Positions 11,221-20,624 of a DNA stretch of 54,554 nt are shown here, one piece after another. The stretch lies in NCBI GenBank assembly GCA_045599585.1, contig JAZRWH010000137.1:1-54554 (forward strand), written 5' to 3'. Source of the stretch: Myxococcota bacterium. GTDB taxonomy: Bacteria > Myxococcota_A > Bradymonadia > UBA4248. Both the position numbers and the translations under genes were made by a program. The notes under the pieces were generated by a model. The model ran no database searches and was not told where the DNA came from. It saw nothing but the letters and a program-made list of their open reading frames with translations. Within the stretch, counting starts at the first letter, position 1; every line of letters starts with the position of its first letter.

Positions 11221-11292
11221 GGCGGCGTATTATCGATGCATCGCAGCGATAAAGCCGCACCGCCTTCGCGTATTGGCAAAGCCAATAGCGAA
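11221..11292. repeat. two adjacent core-type hairpins (GCGGCGTAT...ATAAAGCCGC; GCGTATTGGCaaaGCCAATAGCG)
   Basis: Read from the sequence. Lies downstream of the 8337..11156 terminator. Confidence 0.65.
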
Positions 11293-11370
11293 GGCCACAT
11301 CACATCGTCAAAAATTGCTCTACCCCCCTATCCGCACTATACTGAACCGCCGTCTTTTGCGGCATGATGC

Positions 11371-14300
11371 ATGGAGTTTAGCTTGAGCAGGTTGGGGTTA
11401 AAACAAGTATTTACAGCGCTTTTATGGCATTTTTTAATGCTCGTTGCCCCCATTGTGGCCCTTGCAGAGGACGACCCTTGGACCGAAAGAAATAGCGAAC
11501 ATTTTACGATTTATTATCCCGCTAACCGAGCTGCGTTTGCTGAACTGGTCCTAACAAAAGCTGAAAAAGTCTATGAACGACTCTCAGATCTGCTCGACTC
11601 ACAAATGGAAGACCGCGTCGATATTCATATCGAGGTAAAACGAGATGAGGCGCTTCCATGTAACCAAAGCGTGACCGAAACATCCATGATCATCACAGCC
11701 TGGCCTGATCCGGATAAGATTCTTGGACGCGGACAGGGAGATTGGCTCGAACAACAAATTGCCCACAACCTCGCGCACATTCTCACGCTCAATACCTCCA
11801 GCATGTCGGGATTTTTAAAGCAGCTGCTCGGCGTCATCGCACACAACAACCGTTATGCTCCAACATGGTACATGGAAGGTGTCGCTAAATACTTTGAAAC
11901 GCCTGACAACCCTGGACAGAGTATCCGCCAACCAGCCTTTCGCGCGCTCGTTGAAGCCATGGCCAGAGCTGATCTCATTCCATCTCTCGGTCAGCTCAAT
12001 GCTGGAACAAGACACTGGCCAGCAGATCAAAGTAACACGCTCTTCGGAGCGGCTTTCATCGAAAAAATTGCACGCGACTTCGGTGAAGAGATCTTTGGAC
12101 AGTGGAATCTAGAGTATGCACGCGACATGGTGCCGTTTTCTATTCAGAGAACTGCACGCCTCGTTCTCGGAAACAACTGGGACGTTTTTTACGACGCATG
12201 GCGCAAAAAGATCAAACTCATCGCCCAAGAAAGACCTTACACAGATGAAGTTTCATCCCGCATCGTCCTGACAGGAGCCTGGCGCAACGATCGCGTCCGC
12301 GCCGTCCCCAATGCCAACAAAATCAGTTATGTGCGCGACGATGGTCTGCATCCAAGGGCAATTGTTGTCCTCGATCTCGACACTAAAACAGAACAAAGAA
12401 TCACAGAATGTCAGGGATGGTGCGAACATCACTGGTCACAAGATGGAAAACGCGTCTTTTACTCGACGCTCGTGAACGTTGACGACATGGAGCTCATTCA
12501 GCGCGTCTATGTCTATGATCTGGAAAAACACACCAGAAGCAGGATCGCCATCCCCGATCACGTACGCTCATTCACGCTCGATGGAGATCGAATGTGGGCT
12601 GCCGTTATGAAAGACGACATCAATGAACTCTATGAGCTCAATGTCGAAACCGAATTCGCAACGCCCAAAAAACTTCTGCAAACAGAGCCCTTTGAGCGCA
12701 TGGATGGTTTAGACGCTTATCAAAATAGCCTGGTTACCTCCATCTTCGATCCTCATACGAGTGTGGTTCACCTAGAACGTATCGATCTTACCCCAGAAGG
12801 CGCCGTACGCGTTCCGATCTCTCTAAATGACGTGGATCACATCCACCCGATCTGGCTCGATACAGGAAATATCCTCTACATAAGGAGCGACGTTTGGAGC
12901 GAAGAGGTTTGGGTCGTATCCAGGGATGGTAAATACGAAACACGCCTCACGCGTATGGCCGAAGGCGTTTCACACCCTGCAGTCGGAAATGATGGCAGCC
13001 TGCTGTTTACAGAATTTAGTGCCAACGGTTCGTATATCGCAGCCATCCCAGAAAACGAACTAAAAGCTATAACAGAGCCTTGGATCAAAAGTATCCTAGA
13101 GGCTGAACAAGCAGCAGCAATATCCCCTACTGACAACGATAACGCACCTACGACGACAGACTTCTTTATTGAAACGACTAAAAATAACGTCGAAACTGAA
13201 ATCTCTATTTTTATTCATCAAGTCCTAAACTTTATGGACGCTCTCGGAATAACACTTCCCTTACACAATGCAGCCGATTTTTTCATCGAAACTATAATTG
13301 CTGAGAATGATTCTGTGGTTTCTGAAGTGGAGGGTATGGATGTTTCTGAAAACAATCTTTCTTCCGATAAAACATCCGCTTTGTCTGCTGAATCAATGAA
13401 TAGTCTTGATGACAACGAAGACGATGAAGACGAGGACGATGAAGACGAGAGCGATCTTATAAAAGATGATCTCAACTCACTCTTTGATATTTCGCATACT
13501 GCATCCTCTTTGTTTGAAGAAGCGCAACCTTACCAGGTTTGGCGCCAATTGGTGCCAAGTATCTACACGCCTCTGCTAAACTACACAGAAAATAGTGGTG
13601 TTGGTATCGGTTTCCTCATCGGTGGTGAGGACGTTTTAGAGTATCATAAGTACGACATCCATTTTGATTATTATACGGCTATCAATGCTTTTGACACGGC
13701 ATTCAATTACATCTGGACACAATATGCTTGGGACCTTGGTGCCGGTACGGGCATGGACCAACGCACCGTATTGTGGAGCGTCGAAAACGAATACCGCTAT
13801 CTTAATTATGTGACCTATTGGGCAGAGTTATACACGCAACGAGACTGGCATTTCCCCACACTCGACCTTGCTTTAGAGCTCAAATATCGTACAGAATACA
13901 GCCGACCTCTCGATCAAAGCACTTGGAATGCGCATGACAATAATGAAGACCCCGTTCGCTTGCCACAACTCGGTTGGACAAGTGCACTCATGGCAAAACT
14001 TGAATTGAGCAAAAAATACAAAGCAGAACGCACTTTTGTCGATTTTACGGGATTTGCCTTTACGACCTATTTGCGCATTGAAGCACCTTTTCTGGGCGCT
14101 GAAGATTACACCTTTATTAATGAATTTCAGCTCATCACGCGCGTTCCAATGCCCTACCTCGAAACGCACGTCCTCGGCATGACAATTCAAGGCGGCTATG
14201 CATACTCCGAAAACGAAACTCGTCAGCCCTTTGAAATCTTAAGTGCATCCGGCTTTTCGTTTAATGATGATAACGTCCAGCTACACGGCTATCGCCGAGG

Positions 14301-14604
14301 CCTCTTGTTTGGTCAATACGATCTATACACGCAGCTGCAATACACGGCGCTCTTAGCTGAATTTCAAGCGGGCATGACAAACTTCCCACTCGGATTTAAC
14401 CGCTTGGGCGCGGCAGTTCAGTTCGACATGGGTATGGCTTGGACGAAGCGATTACGCCGAAACGATCTGCGTTATTCTGTCGGTGCTGAGGTCTATCTTG
14501 ACGGCATGGTAGCTTATCATCTACCCTTTAGAGTTTCTTACGGCTTCGCACGTGGGCTGGCCGATGAAGGTGAAAGCTATCATTACTTTTTGCTATCGTG
14601 GTAG
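11371..14604 (+). CDS. large envelope protein: signal peptide, TolB/PD40-like beta-propeller region, acidic linker, probable C-terminal beta-barrel
   Basis: A signal peptide is followed by ALA-ED. WSQDGKRVFYS and PAVGNDGSLLFTEFSANGSYIAA are PD40-like blades. There is a DDNEDDEDEDDEDESD acidic run. The C-terminal roughly 500 aa is rich in alternating aromatics and ends in W. Confidence 0.6.
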   Translation: MEFSLSRLGLKQVFTALLWHFLMLVAPIVALAEDDPWTERNSEHFTIYYPANRAAFAELVLTKAEKVYERLSDLLDSQMEDRVDIHIEVKRDEALPCNQSVTETSMIITAWPDPDKILGRGQGDWLEQQIAHNLAHILTLNTSSMSGFLKQLLGVIAHNNRYAPTWYMEGVAKYFETPDNPGQSIRQPAFRALVEAMARADLIPSLGQLNAGTRHWPADQSNTLFGAAFIEKIARDFGEEIFGQWNLEYARDMVPFSIQRTARLVLGNNWDVFYDAWRKKIKLIAQERPYTDEVSSRIVLTGAWRNDRVRAVPNANKISYVRDDGLHPRAIVVLDLDTKTEQRITECQGWCEHHWSQDGKRVFYSTLVNVDDMELIQRVYVYDLEKHTRSRIAIPDHVRSFTLDGDRMWAAVMKDDINELYELNVETEFATPKKLLQTEPFERMDGLDAYQNSLVTSIFDPHTSVVHLERIDLTPEGAVRVPISLNDVDHIHPIWLDTGNILYIRSDVWSEEVWVVSRDGKYETRLTRMAEGVSHPAVGNDGSLLFTEFSANGSYIAAIPENELKAITEPWIKSILEAEQAAAISPTDNDNAPTTTDFFIETTKNNVETEISIFIHQVLNFMDALGITLPLHNAADFFIETIIAENDSVVSEVEGMDVSENNLSSDKTSALSAESMNSLDDNEDDEDEDDEDESDLIKDDLNSLFDISHTASSLFEEAQPYQVWRQLVPSIYTPLLNYTENSGVGIGFLIGGEDVLEYHKYDIHFDYYTAINAFDTAFNYIWTQYAWDLGAGTGMDQRTVLWSVENEYRYLNYVTYWAELYTQRDWHFPTLDLALELKYRTEYSRPLDQSTWNAHDNNEDPVRLPQLGWTSALMAKLELSKKYKAERTFVDFTGFAFTTYLRIEAPFLGAEDYTFINEFQLITRVPMPYLETHVLGMTIQGGYAYSENETRQPFEILSASGFSFNDDNVQLHGYRRGLLFGQYDLYTQLQYTALLAEFQAGMTNFPLGFNRLGAAVQFDMGMAWTKRLRRNDLRYSVGAEVYLDGMVAYHLPFRVSYGFARGLADEGESYHYFLLSW

Positions 14605-14701
14605 CTCTAATGTGTCGCTTTCTCACGCATGTTATTTACAAAACATGCCCGCACCATAAAGACAATTCATAGATCCAACTAATTTTACGGATTAAATATT
14701 A

Positions 14702-16069
14702 ATGTTTCAAAAAAAGTACTTCTTCTTGCATAAGAGCCTCTTGTTGGCCACGCTTACGCTTGAAACAGCTTTTTGTATCAACGCCTGCGAAGTCCACGAT
14801 TACTGGAGTATCCCAGACGCACTCGTTGTCAACGAATCCCAAGACCGTGATGATGCAGAACGATTAGAAACAGACCTTTTCGTCCGCTATCAACTCGATT
14901 ATTCCGTTACCAATACTTCGTCTAATATGACAGAAGTCGTCGTTTCCGGAACTTCCTATGTCAACAATACCGCACGTACGACAGGCATGAAAGTCTGGCG
15001 ACTCAACCCCAAAGAAACGGGTGAAGGCATCCTTACGCCTACCATGCTCGAATATGGCAATGCCCTCCAAGTCTCGCTATTGTGCTGCAATCAAAGCAAG
15101 TGCAAAAGAAACGAAGTCCTTTGCCCCGTTGAAAGCGATACGCCTGAAGGGATTAATGCTGGGTCAAACCATTCCGTTTTTTGCTACCAAGCTTGCCAAG
15201 ACGTCGACCGATGCAACGCCGCATGCCCTGCGCAGTCAGCTTGCGAGTCCTATTGCAAAAAAAATTATCCCGCCAATAAACAAGAACAGTGCATGGAATT
15301 CGATTGCTCTATCTCGGGATTGGTTAACTCTTGCGAACAAATTTGCGATGGTGACGAAGATTGCTTGGAAACTTGTAAACCTGCACTTTCTTGCGCCCAC
15401 GCTTGTTCTTCCTCGGCTGCTGCTTGCTACAAAAACTGTATTTCTACATGGTCCCTTTGCACAGACACAACCTATAGCAGCGATGCAAACATCGTCCCAT
15501 GCTCTCTGTGCGCAAAAGATCTCGAATCGCCCACTGCTTGTCTTTATAATAAAACCCCTCAGTGGAACGAAGGCACGCCCGTCTTTTCGCTTCATAAAGC
15601 AGATAAATCCTCGGACATCGTCTATACGTGCGACAATTCATATAATTGTGATGTTTACCCATCGGTTTGTATAGACGATTGTAATGCTATTTTCTCAAGC
15701 GGTTCAGACGCACTTAGAGCCAAATGTGTCGACAAATGTATCGAACAACACCTGTTTTGGTGTAACGACTTCTATGTTCCAAGCGAATACATCGATTCGA
15801 ATTATGATCAGCCATGTTGCTATGAGGAAGCTTGCACGGCCGAAATGCAAGGCATCATCAAAACCATGGATGTCGAATGCTTTGACGACTCCGCTTGCGG
15901 GAGCAATCACTACTGTAGTCCGGCAGGCGTTTGCACCGAAAACGGTGTCAGCTCCTGTTCCACGCACACCTTACGCAATACGCCCTTTGACCTCCCCTTG
16001 CCGCTCCTCTTATTCTTCGGTGTAATTCCTTGGTACACCTTTAAACGACGCCATGATCGCATCAAATAA
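14702..16069 (+). CDS. cysteine-rich secreted protein with C-terminal TM anchor
   Basis: Signal peptide present. The central region is dense in C-x3-C-x3-C (CYQACQDVDRCNAACPAQSACESYC...). The C-terminal hydrophobic segment PLPLLLFFGVIPWYTF is followed by KRRHDRIK. Confidence 0.7.
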   Translation: MFQKKYFFLHKSLLLATLTLETAFCINACEVHDYWSIPDALVVNESQDRDDAERLETDLFVRYQLDYSVTNTSSNMTEVVVSGTSYVNNTARTTGMKVWRLNPKETGEGILTPTMLEYGNALQVSLLCCNQSKCKRNEVLCPVESDTPEGINAGSNHSVFCYQACQDVDRCNAACPAQSACESYCKKNYPANKQEQCMEFDCSISGLVNSCEQICDGDEDCLETCKPALSCAHACSSSAAACYKNCISTWSLCTDTTYSSDANIVPCSLCAKDLESPTACLYNKTPQWNEGTPVFSLHKADKSSDIVYTCDNSYNCDVYPSVCIDDCNAIFSSGSDALRAKCVDKCIEQHLFWCNDFYVPSEYIDSNYDQPCCYEEACTAEMQGIIKTMDVECFDDSACGSNHYCSPAGVCTENGVSSCSTHTLRNTPFDLPLPLLLFFGVIPWYTFKRRHDRIK

Positions 16070-16120
16070 GCCTCATGCTCGGTTGACACCTTGAATTTCT
16101 TAAACTTGCTTACTTTATAA

Positions 16121-16175
16121 GGGGGGAAGTCTCCCCCTGAGCGCCTATCGCCTACGGCGATACAGCGCTACCCCC
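16121..16175 (-). repeat. REP-like element copy B, inverted orientation, short loop
   Basis: GGGGGAAGTCTCCCCCTGAGCGcCTAT-cgcctacggcg-ATACaGCGCTACCCCC. Confidence 0.85.
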
Positions 16176-16396
16176 TCACGGCTCCACACATGCAACAATC
16201 AGCAACCTTTTTGTCATACCCTAAATAAAGCAATAAAAACTAAGAGTAACCCATTTAAGACTCTTGCTGATTGAAAACATATTCATAATGTAGGTATTTA
16301 TGCTACCATATCGAACTGTGTTCGATGCTGCATGTACCTCACACATGCATCTCCCACAAAACACAACCTTTCTAGCTTTTGTCTGGAGAATTAAAT

Positions 16397-17587
16397 ATGA
16401 ATGTCATCTTTATTTCGCCGCATTTTCCGCGACATTTTTATAATTTTTGCGCACGTCTAAAAGAACGAGGCGTTAACGTTTTGGGAATCGGAGACTGCAA
16501 CTGGCACGCCATTGGATCTGCTTGCCAAAACGCCCTGACTGACTACCGCGAAGTCAACAGCCTCGCTGATTACGACGCCGTTTACCGAGCTGTTGCCAGT
16601 TTAATTTCTCAATACGGACGCATTGATTATATTAACAGCGAAAACGAATATTGGCTTGAACTGGAAGCTCGCTTACGTACTGATTTTAATATTGCTACAG
16701 GCCCACATATCGAAGATATGACCGCAATGAACCGTAAATCGCGGATGAAAGAAGGTTATAAAAATGCTGGCGTCCGTGCTGCAAGATGGACTTTGCCCGA
16801 ATCTGAACAGAATGCGTTGGCCTTTGCTAATAAAGTGGGTTACCCTGTTATTGTAAAACCAGACAAAGGCGTTGGTGCTACCAGCACTTACAAAATACAT
16901 AATGATACTGAGCTCTCTGCATTTTGGGCAAAAAAGCCTCTCGACGTTCCGTTTATCGAAGAGGAATGTGTTCCTGGCCATGTTGAAACGTTTGACGGTA
17001 TTACAGACAGCCGTGGCAACGTCCTTTTTGCAGCCAGTCAGTGTCTCCCCGTCAGCCTTATGGACGCCGTCAATCAAGACAAAGATGTTGTCAGCTATTG
17101 CCAAAATCCACCCGATGACCTCCGCTTAGCCGGAGAAGCCACACTCAAACAATATAAAGCCCAAAATCTCTTCTTCCACTTTGAGTTTTTCAGACTTGAT
17201 GAAGACAAAGATGGCCTTGGCAAAAAAGGTGACATCATAGGTCTGGAAGTCAATATGCGTGCTCCGGGCGGACGCATTCCTGATAAAATGAATTACGCCT
17301 ATGATACAGATGTCTATACGATTTGGGCTGATAGTCTTATCTACGACAAATGCTTCATGAATAGCGCGTTCAAACACTATATCACACACATTGGACGCAA
17401 AAATTCTATTGATTATGCCAACGACCTCAACGCTATCCGAGAAAAATGGGCAAATCATATCATAGAAGAAATGGATGTAGATCCAGCATTAGCAAATGAA
17501 ATGGGCAACCATGCCTACCTCATCCGCGCAGACTCTCTCGAAGAACGTCAGGCGCAAGTTAACTATATTCTACAAAGGAGAATTTAA
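16397..17587 (+). CDS. ATP-grasp domain ligase
   Basis: GGAGA precedes the ATG at 16397; the track ORF begins at an upstream TTG. The fold is ATP-grasp-like (VGYPVIVKPDKGVGATSTYKI ... GLEVNMRAPGG). The stop lies 2 nt before the next start. Confidence 0.7.
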   Translation: MNVIFISPHFPRHFYNFCARLKERGVNVLGIGDCNWHAIGSACQNALTDYREVNSLADYDAVYRAVASLISQYGRIDYINSENEYWLELEARLRTDFNIATGPHIEDMTAMNRKSRMKEGYKNAGVRAARWTLPESEQNALAFANKVGYPVIVKPDKGVGATSTYKIHNDTELSAFWAKKPLDVPFIEEECVPGHVETFDGITDSRGNVLFAASQCLPVSLMDAVNQDKDVVSYCQNPPDDLRLAGEATLKQYKAQNLFFHFEFFRLDEDKDGLGKKGDIIGLEVNMRAPGGRIPDKMNYAYDTDVYTIWADSLIYDKCFMNSAFKHYITHIGRKNSIDYANDLNAIREKWANHIIEEMDVDPALANEMGNHAYLIRADSLEERQAQVNYILQRRI

Positions 17588-17589
17588 TT

Positions 17590-18345
17590 ATGAAAAGAGA
17601 ATGGATTACACACCACAGCGGTTGGCTCAACAGAGATATGAATATCCTCGTTCACGGCCATGCTGGAGTCCCCGTCATTGCAATTCCCTGCCAGGATGGC
17701 ATGTGTGACAACTGGGAAAGCTTCCAGATGCAAGATACACTCGGTGATTATATTGAAAATGGACAGATTCAGGTTTTCTGCGTCGATACAGTCGACCGCG
17801 AAAGTTGGTCTGATACTTTTGGGGACAAAGGTTACCGCGCCTGGGTTCAAGAAGAATATTATCATTATATCGTCGATGAAGCCGTTCCCTTTATTCGCCA
17901 GATTAACGGCAGTAATGCCCTCCCCATCGTCACGGGGTTCAGCCTCGGTGCTACGCACTCTGTCATTCTCTTCTATCGCCGACCTGATCTCTTCAGTGGT
18001 GTTTTGGCACTTTCTGGATGCTATGATGCTCCGCATTTTTGGGACGGCTGGTGCAATGAAACATTGTATAATAACTCGCCTGTACACTTTCTTGCGAACC
18101 TTCCTAATGATCATTATTATATCGATATGTACAATCATCGCAGAAGCGCGATCTGCGTTGGTCAAGGTCGCTGGGAAGCTGAAGGCATTCGTACAAGCGG
18201 TATCCTTAAAGATATCTTTGAACAAAAAGGAATCCATACTTGGGTCGATTTTTGGGGATACGATGTTGACCACGATTGGCCTTGGTGGCGCAAACAGATT
18301 CGTTACTTCATGCCTTGGCTCCTTGAAGGCGTCATAAGGACTTAA
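17590..18345 (+). CDS. esterase-family alpha/beta hydrolase (putative esterase / esterase-D-like)
   Basis: AGGAG SD present. GFSLG is a nucleophile-elbow motif. Size and pattern fit the PF00756-type putative esterases, the family that includes S-formylglutathione hydrolase. It is tightly coupled to its flanking genes. Confidence 0.6.
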   Translation: MKREWITHHSGWLNRDMNILVHGHAGVPVIAIPCQDGMCDNWESFQMQDTLGDYIENGQIQVFCVDTVDRESWSDTFGDKGYRAWVQEEYYHYIVDEAVPFIRQINGSNALPIVTGFSLGATHSVILFYRRPDLFSGVLALSGCYDAPHFWDGWCNETLYNNSPVHFLANLPNDHYYIDMYNHRRSAICVGQGRWEAEGIRTSGILKDIFEQKGIHTWVDFWGYDVDHDWPWWRKQIRYFMPWLLEGVIRT

Positions 18346-18348
18346 TCT

Positions 18349-19620
18349 ATGTTTCACCTCGAAAATGATAAAGTTAAAAGTCTATTATTCAAAGGATGCT
18401 TTGGCCTAGAAAAAGAAAGCCTCCGCGTTACGCCCAAGGGCTTTCTTTCGCATACACCACACCCATTTCCAGCTAATGACCATATCGTTCGCGACTTTTG
18501 TGAAAATCAAACAGAAATCAATACGCCTGTCGCTCCTTCTGCACAAGAAGCCCTTGATGCTTTATTTGATTACACAAAACAAATCCATAGGACGTTAGCT
18601 TCCCTCCCCGACCCCGAACTGCTTTGGCCGTTTTCTAATCCGCCTTTTATTCATAATGAAAATGATATTCCGGTGGCTCAATTCGCTGGTGGATATGCCT
18701 CCAAAACAAGCTATCGCGAGTATCTTTCGGATCGATACGGGCGGTATAAAATGGTTCTCTCTGGTATTCATATCAATTATTCTTTTGATGATGAATTGCT
18801 TCAGGCTGATTTTGAAGTCAGCGGTGAAGAAAATTTCAAAAATTATAAAAATAAATTGTATATGAATCTTGCCGAAAGAGCAGCTTCATACGGTTGGATC
18901 ATGACCGCGCTCACTGCAGCAAGCCCATTGATGGACTCCAGTTACGTCGAAAAAGGCAAACTCGGAGGCACAACGTTCAACGGTATGGCAAGTACTCGAT
19001 GCAGTGAACTTGGATATTGGAATTACTTTACCCCTGTATTTAATTACAATAATATCCAAGATTATGCAGACAGCATTCAGCAATACGTTGAAAACGGACT
19101 GTTAGCCGCACCAACCGAATTGTATTATCCAATTCGCCTAAAACCGCGCGGAAAAAATAGACTTGTAACTTTGCATAACGAGGGCGTCGATCATATTGAG
19201 CTCAGAATGATCGATCTCAATCCGCTTGAACCAGCTGGTTTAAATCTCAAAGATTTGCAGTTTGCACAGCTCCTGCTCATTTGGCTTGCTTGCAAACCGC
19301 CCCACCCACTCACGCAGAAAGATCAGATTCAAGCTGTGCAGAATTTCAAAAATGCTGCTCACTATGATCTCAAAACTGTAAAAATCGTTGTTCCGGGCAG
19401 CCATATTTATTCTGTGGCTGACACGGGACTCATGGTCGTCGATCAAATGAAATTCTTCTTCAGAGATTTCCCCCATGTTCAGGATATTCTCGATTTCCAA
19501 GAAGCTAAATTTATTGATCCCGATAAGCGTTATGCATGGAAAATACGCTCTCAATTTGCTGACAACTTTGTTCAAAAAGGTCTCGAACTCGCTCAAAAGC
19601 GTCAGCAGGAAGTATTATAA
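18349..19620 (+). CDS. glutamate--cysteine ligase (GshA family)
   Basis: GLEKESLRV, YREYLSDRYGRYKMVLSGIHINYSF, YGWIMTALTAASP, YYPIRLKP and IELRMIDLNPLEPAGL line up with E. coli GshA GLERETLRV / [25 protein letters not shown] / FGWVIPYLFGASP / YAPIRPKR / IEVRSLDINPFSPIGV. The stop overlaps the next start (TAATG). Confidence 0.8.
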   Translation: MFHLENDKVKSLLFKGCFGLEKESLRVTPKGFLSHTPHPFPANDHIVRDFCENQTEINTPVAPSAQEALDALFDYTKQIHRTLASLPDPELLWPFSNPPFIHNENDIPVAQFAGGYASKTSYREYLSDRYGRYKMVLSGIHINYSFDDELLQADFEVSGEENFKNYKNKLYMNLAERAASYGWIMTALTAASPLMDSSYVEKGKLGGTTFNGMASTRCSELGYWNYFTPVFNYNNIQDYADSIQQYVENGLLAAPTELYYPIRLKPRGKNRLVTLHNEGVDHIELRMIDLNPLEPAGLNLKDLQFAQLLLIWLACKPPHPLTQKDQIQAVQNFKNAAHYDLKTVKIVVPGSHIYSVADTGLMVVDQMKFFFRDFPHVQDILDFQEAKFIDPDKRYAWKIRSQFADNFVQKGLELAQKRQQEVL

Positions 19621-20393
19621 TGTGTGAATTATTTGCTATTTCAAGTTCAGTCGACGTTCAGATTAATAATCTGCTTAAGACTTTCTTTTCTCATAGTGAT
19701 AAAAACCCTGACGGCTGGGGATTAGCCGTGTTTTATGGTAACTCCGTTAGTCTCGAAAAAGAACCTGCCTGCGCTAATCGAAGCCAATACTTAAAGGCTA
19801 GACTGCGTTCGAAAATTGAAATTCATAATATGGTTGCTCATATTCGCAGAGCCACCCGAGGCAATATGGATTATGAAAATTGTCATCCATTTATCATGCG
19901 TGACTGTGATGACCGCGCTTGGACACTGATTCATAATGGAACCATATTCGACTCGCCCCGCTTAAATCGATATGTCAATATTCAAACGGGCATGACTGAT
20001 AGTGAACGCATTTTGTATTATATTATTGATCGCGTAAATGCCCGTAGAGTCGAACTTGGACGCGCCCTAAATCTAGACGAACGATTCGCTCTTCTCGACG
20101 AAATTGTATGCCAAATTGCTCCCCATAACAAAATTAATCTCATTATATATGATGGAGAAGTGTTTTATGTGCATACAAATTACAAAGACACGCTCTTTAT
20201 TCGTCAAGAAATGAATACCGCGTTTTTTGCTACGACTCCACTCGATGATCGCCTCTGGCTTCCTCTGCCTTTTACGACCCTGCTCGCCTATAAAGATGGA
20301 CGTCACATTCTGACGGGTACATGCCACGGACACGAATATATAGATGATCCCTCTGATACAAAATTCCTCTACCTCGATTACCTCGAGTGTTAG
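19620..20393 (+). CDS. class-II glutamine amidotransferase-like Ntn hydrolase (YafJ/EgtC/Dug3 type)
   Basis: Starts MCELFAISS with the catalytic Cys2 typical of class-II GATase. The ATG overlaps the upstream stop. Confidence 0.75.
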   Translation: MCELFAISSSVDVQINNLLKTFFSHSDKNPDGWGLAVFYGNSVSLEKEPACANRSQYLKARLRSKIEIHNMVAHIRRATRGNMDYENCHPFIMRDCDDRAWTLIHNGTIFDSPRLNRYVNIQTGMTDSERILYYIIDRVNARRVELGRALNLDERFALLDEIVCQIAPHNKINLIIYDGEVFYVHTNYKDTLFIRQEMNTAFFATTPLDDRLWLPLPFTTLLAYKDGRHILTGTCHGHEYIDDPSDTKFLYLDYLEC

Positions 20394-20624
20394 AGCTTAT
20401 ATGATTAAAACGCGGGTTTCTACAGAAATCCCGCGTTACAACACGATCTGCCCCCACTTGAGACCAAATGAGGATGACTTATTAACTTACATCTATATTG
20501 AATGAATTTCGTTGCAGTCAGTGAGTATTTTTTGTGAGATAGCAATGAAATGATATATAATCAATACGCTCATTGTGAGCGCTTTATTTGTATTGCTTTG
20601 CTACACCTGACTCGGTTTTGAAGC

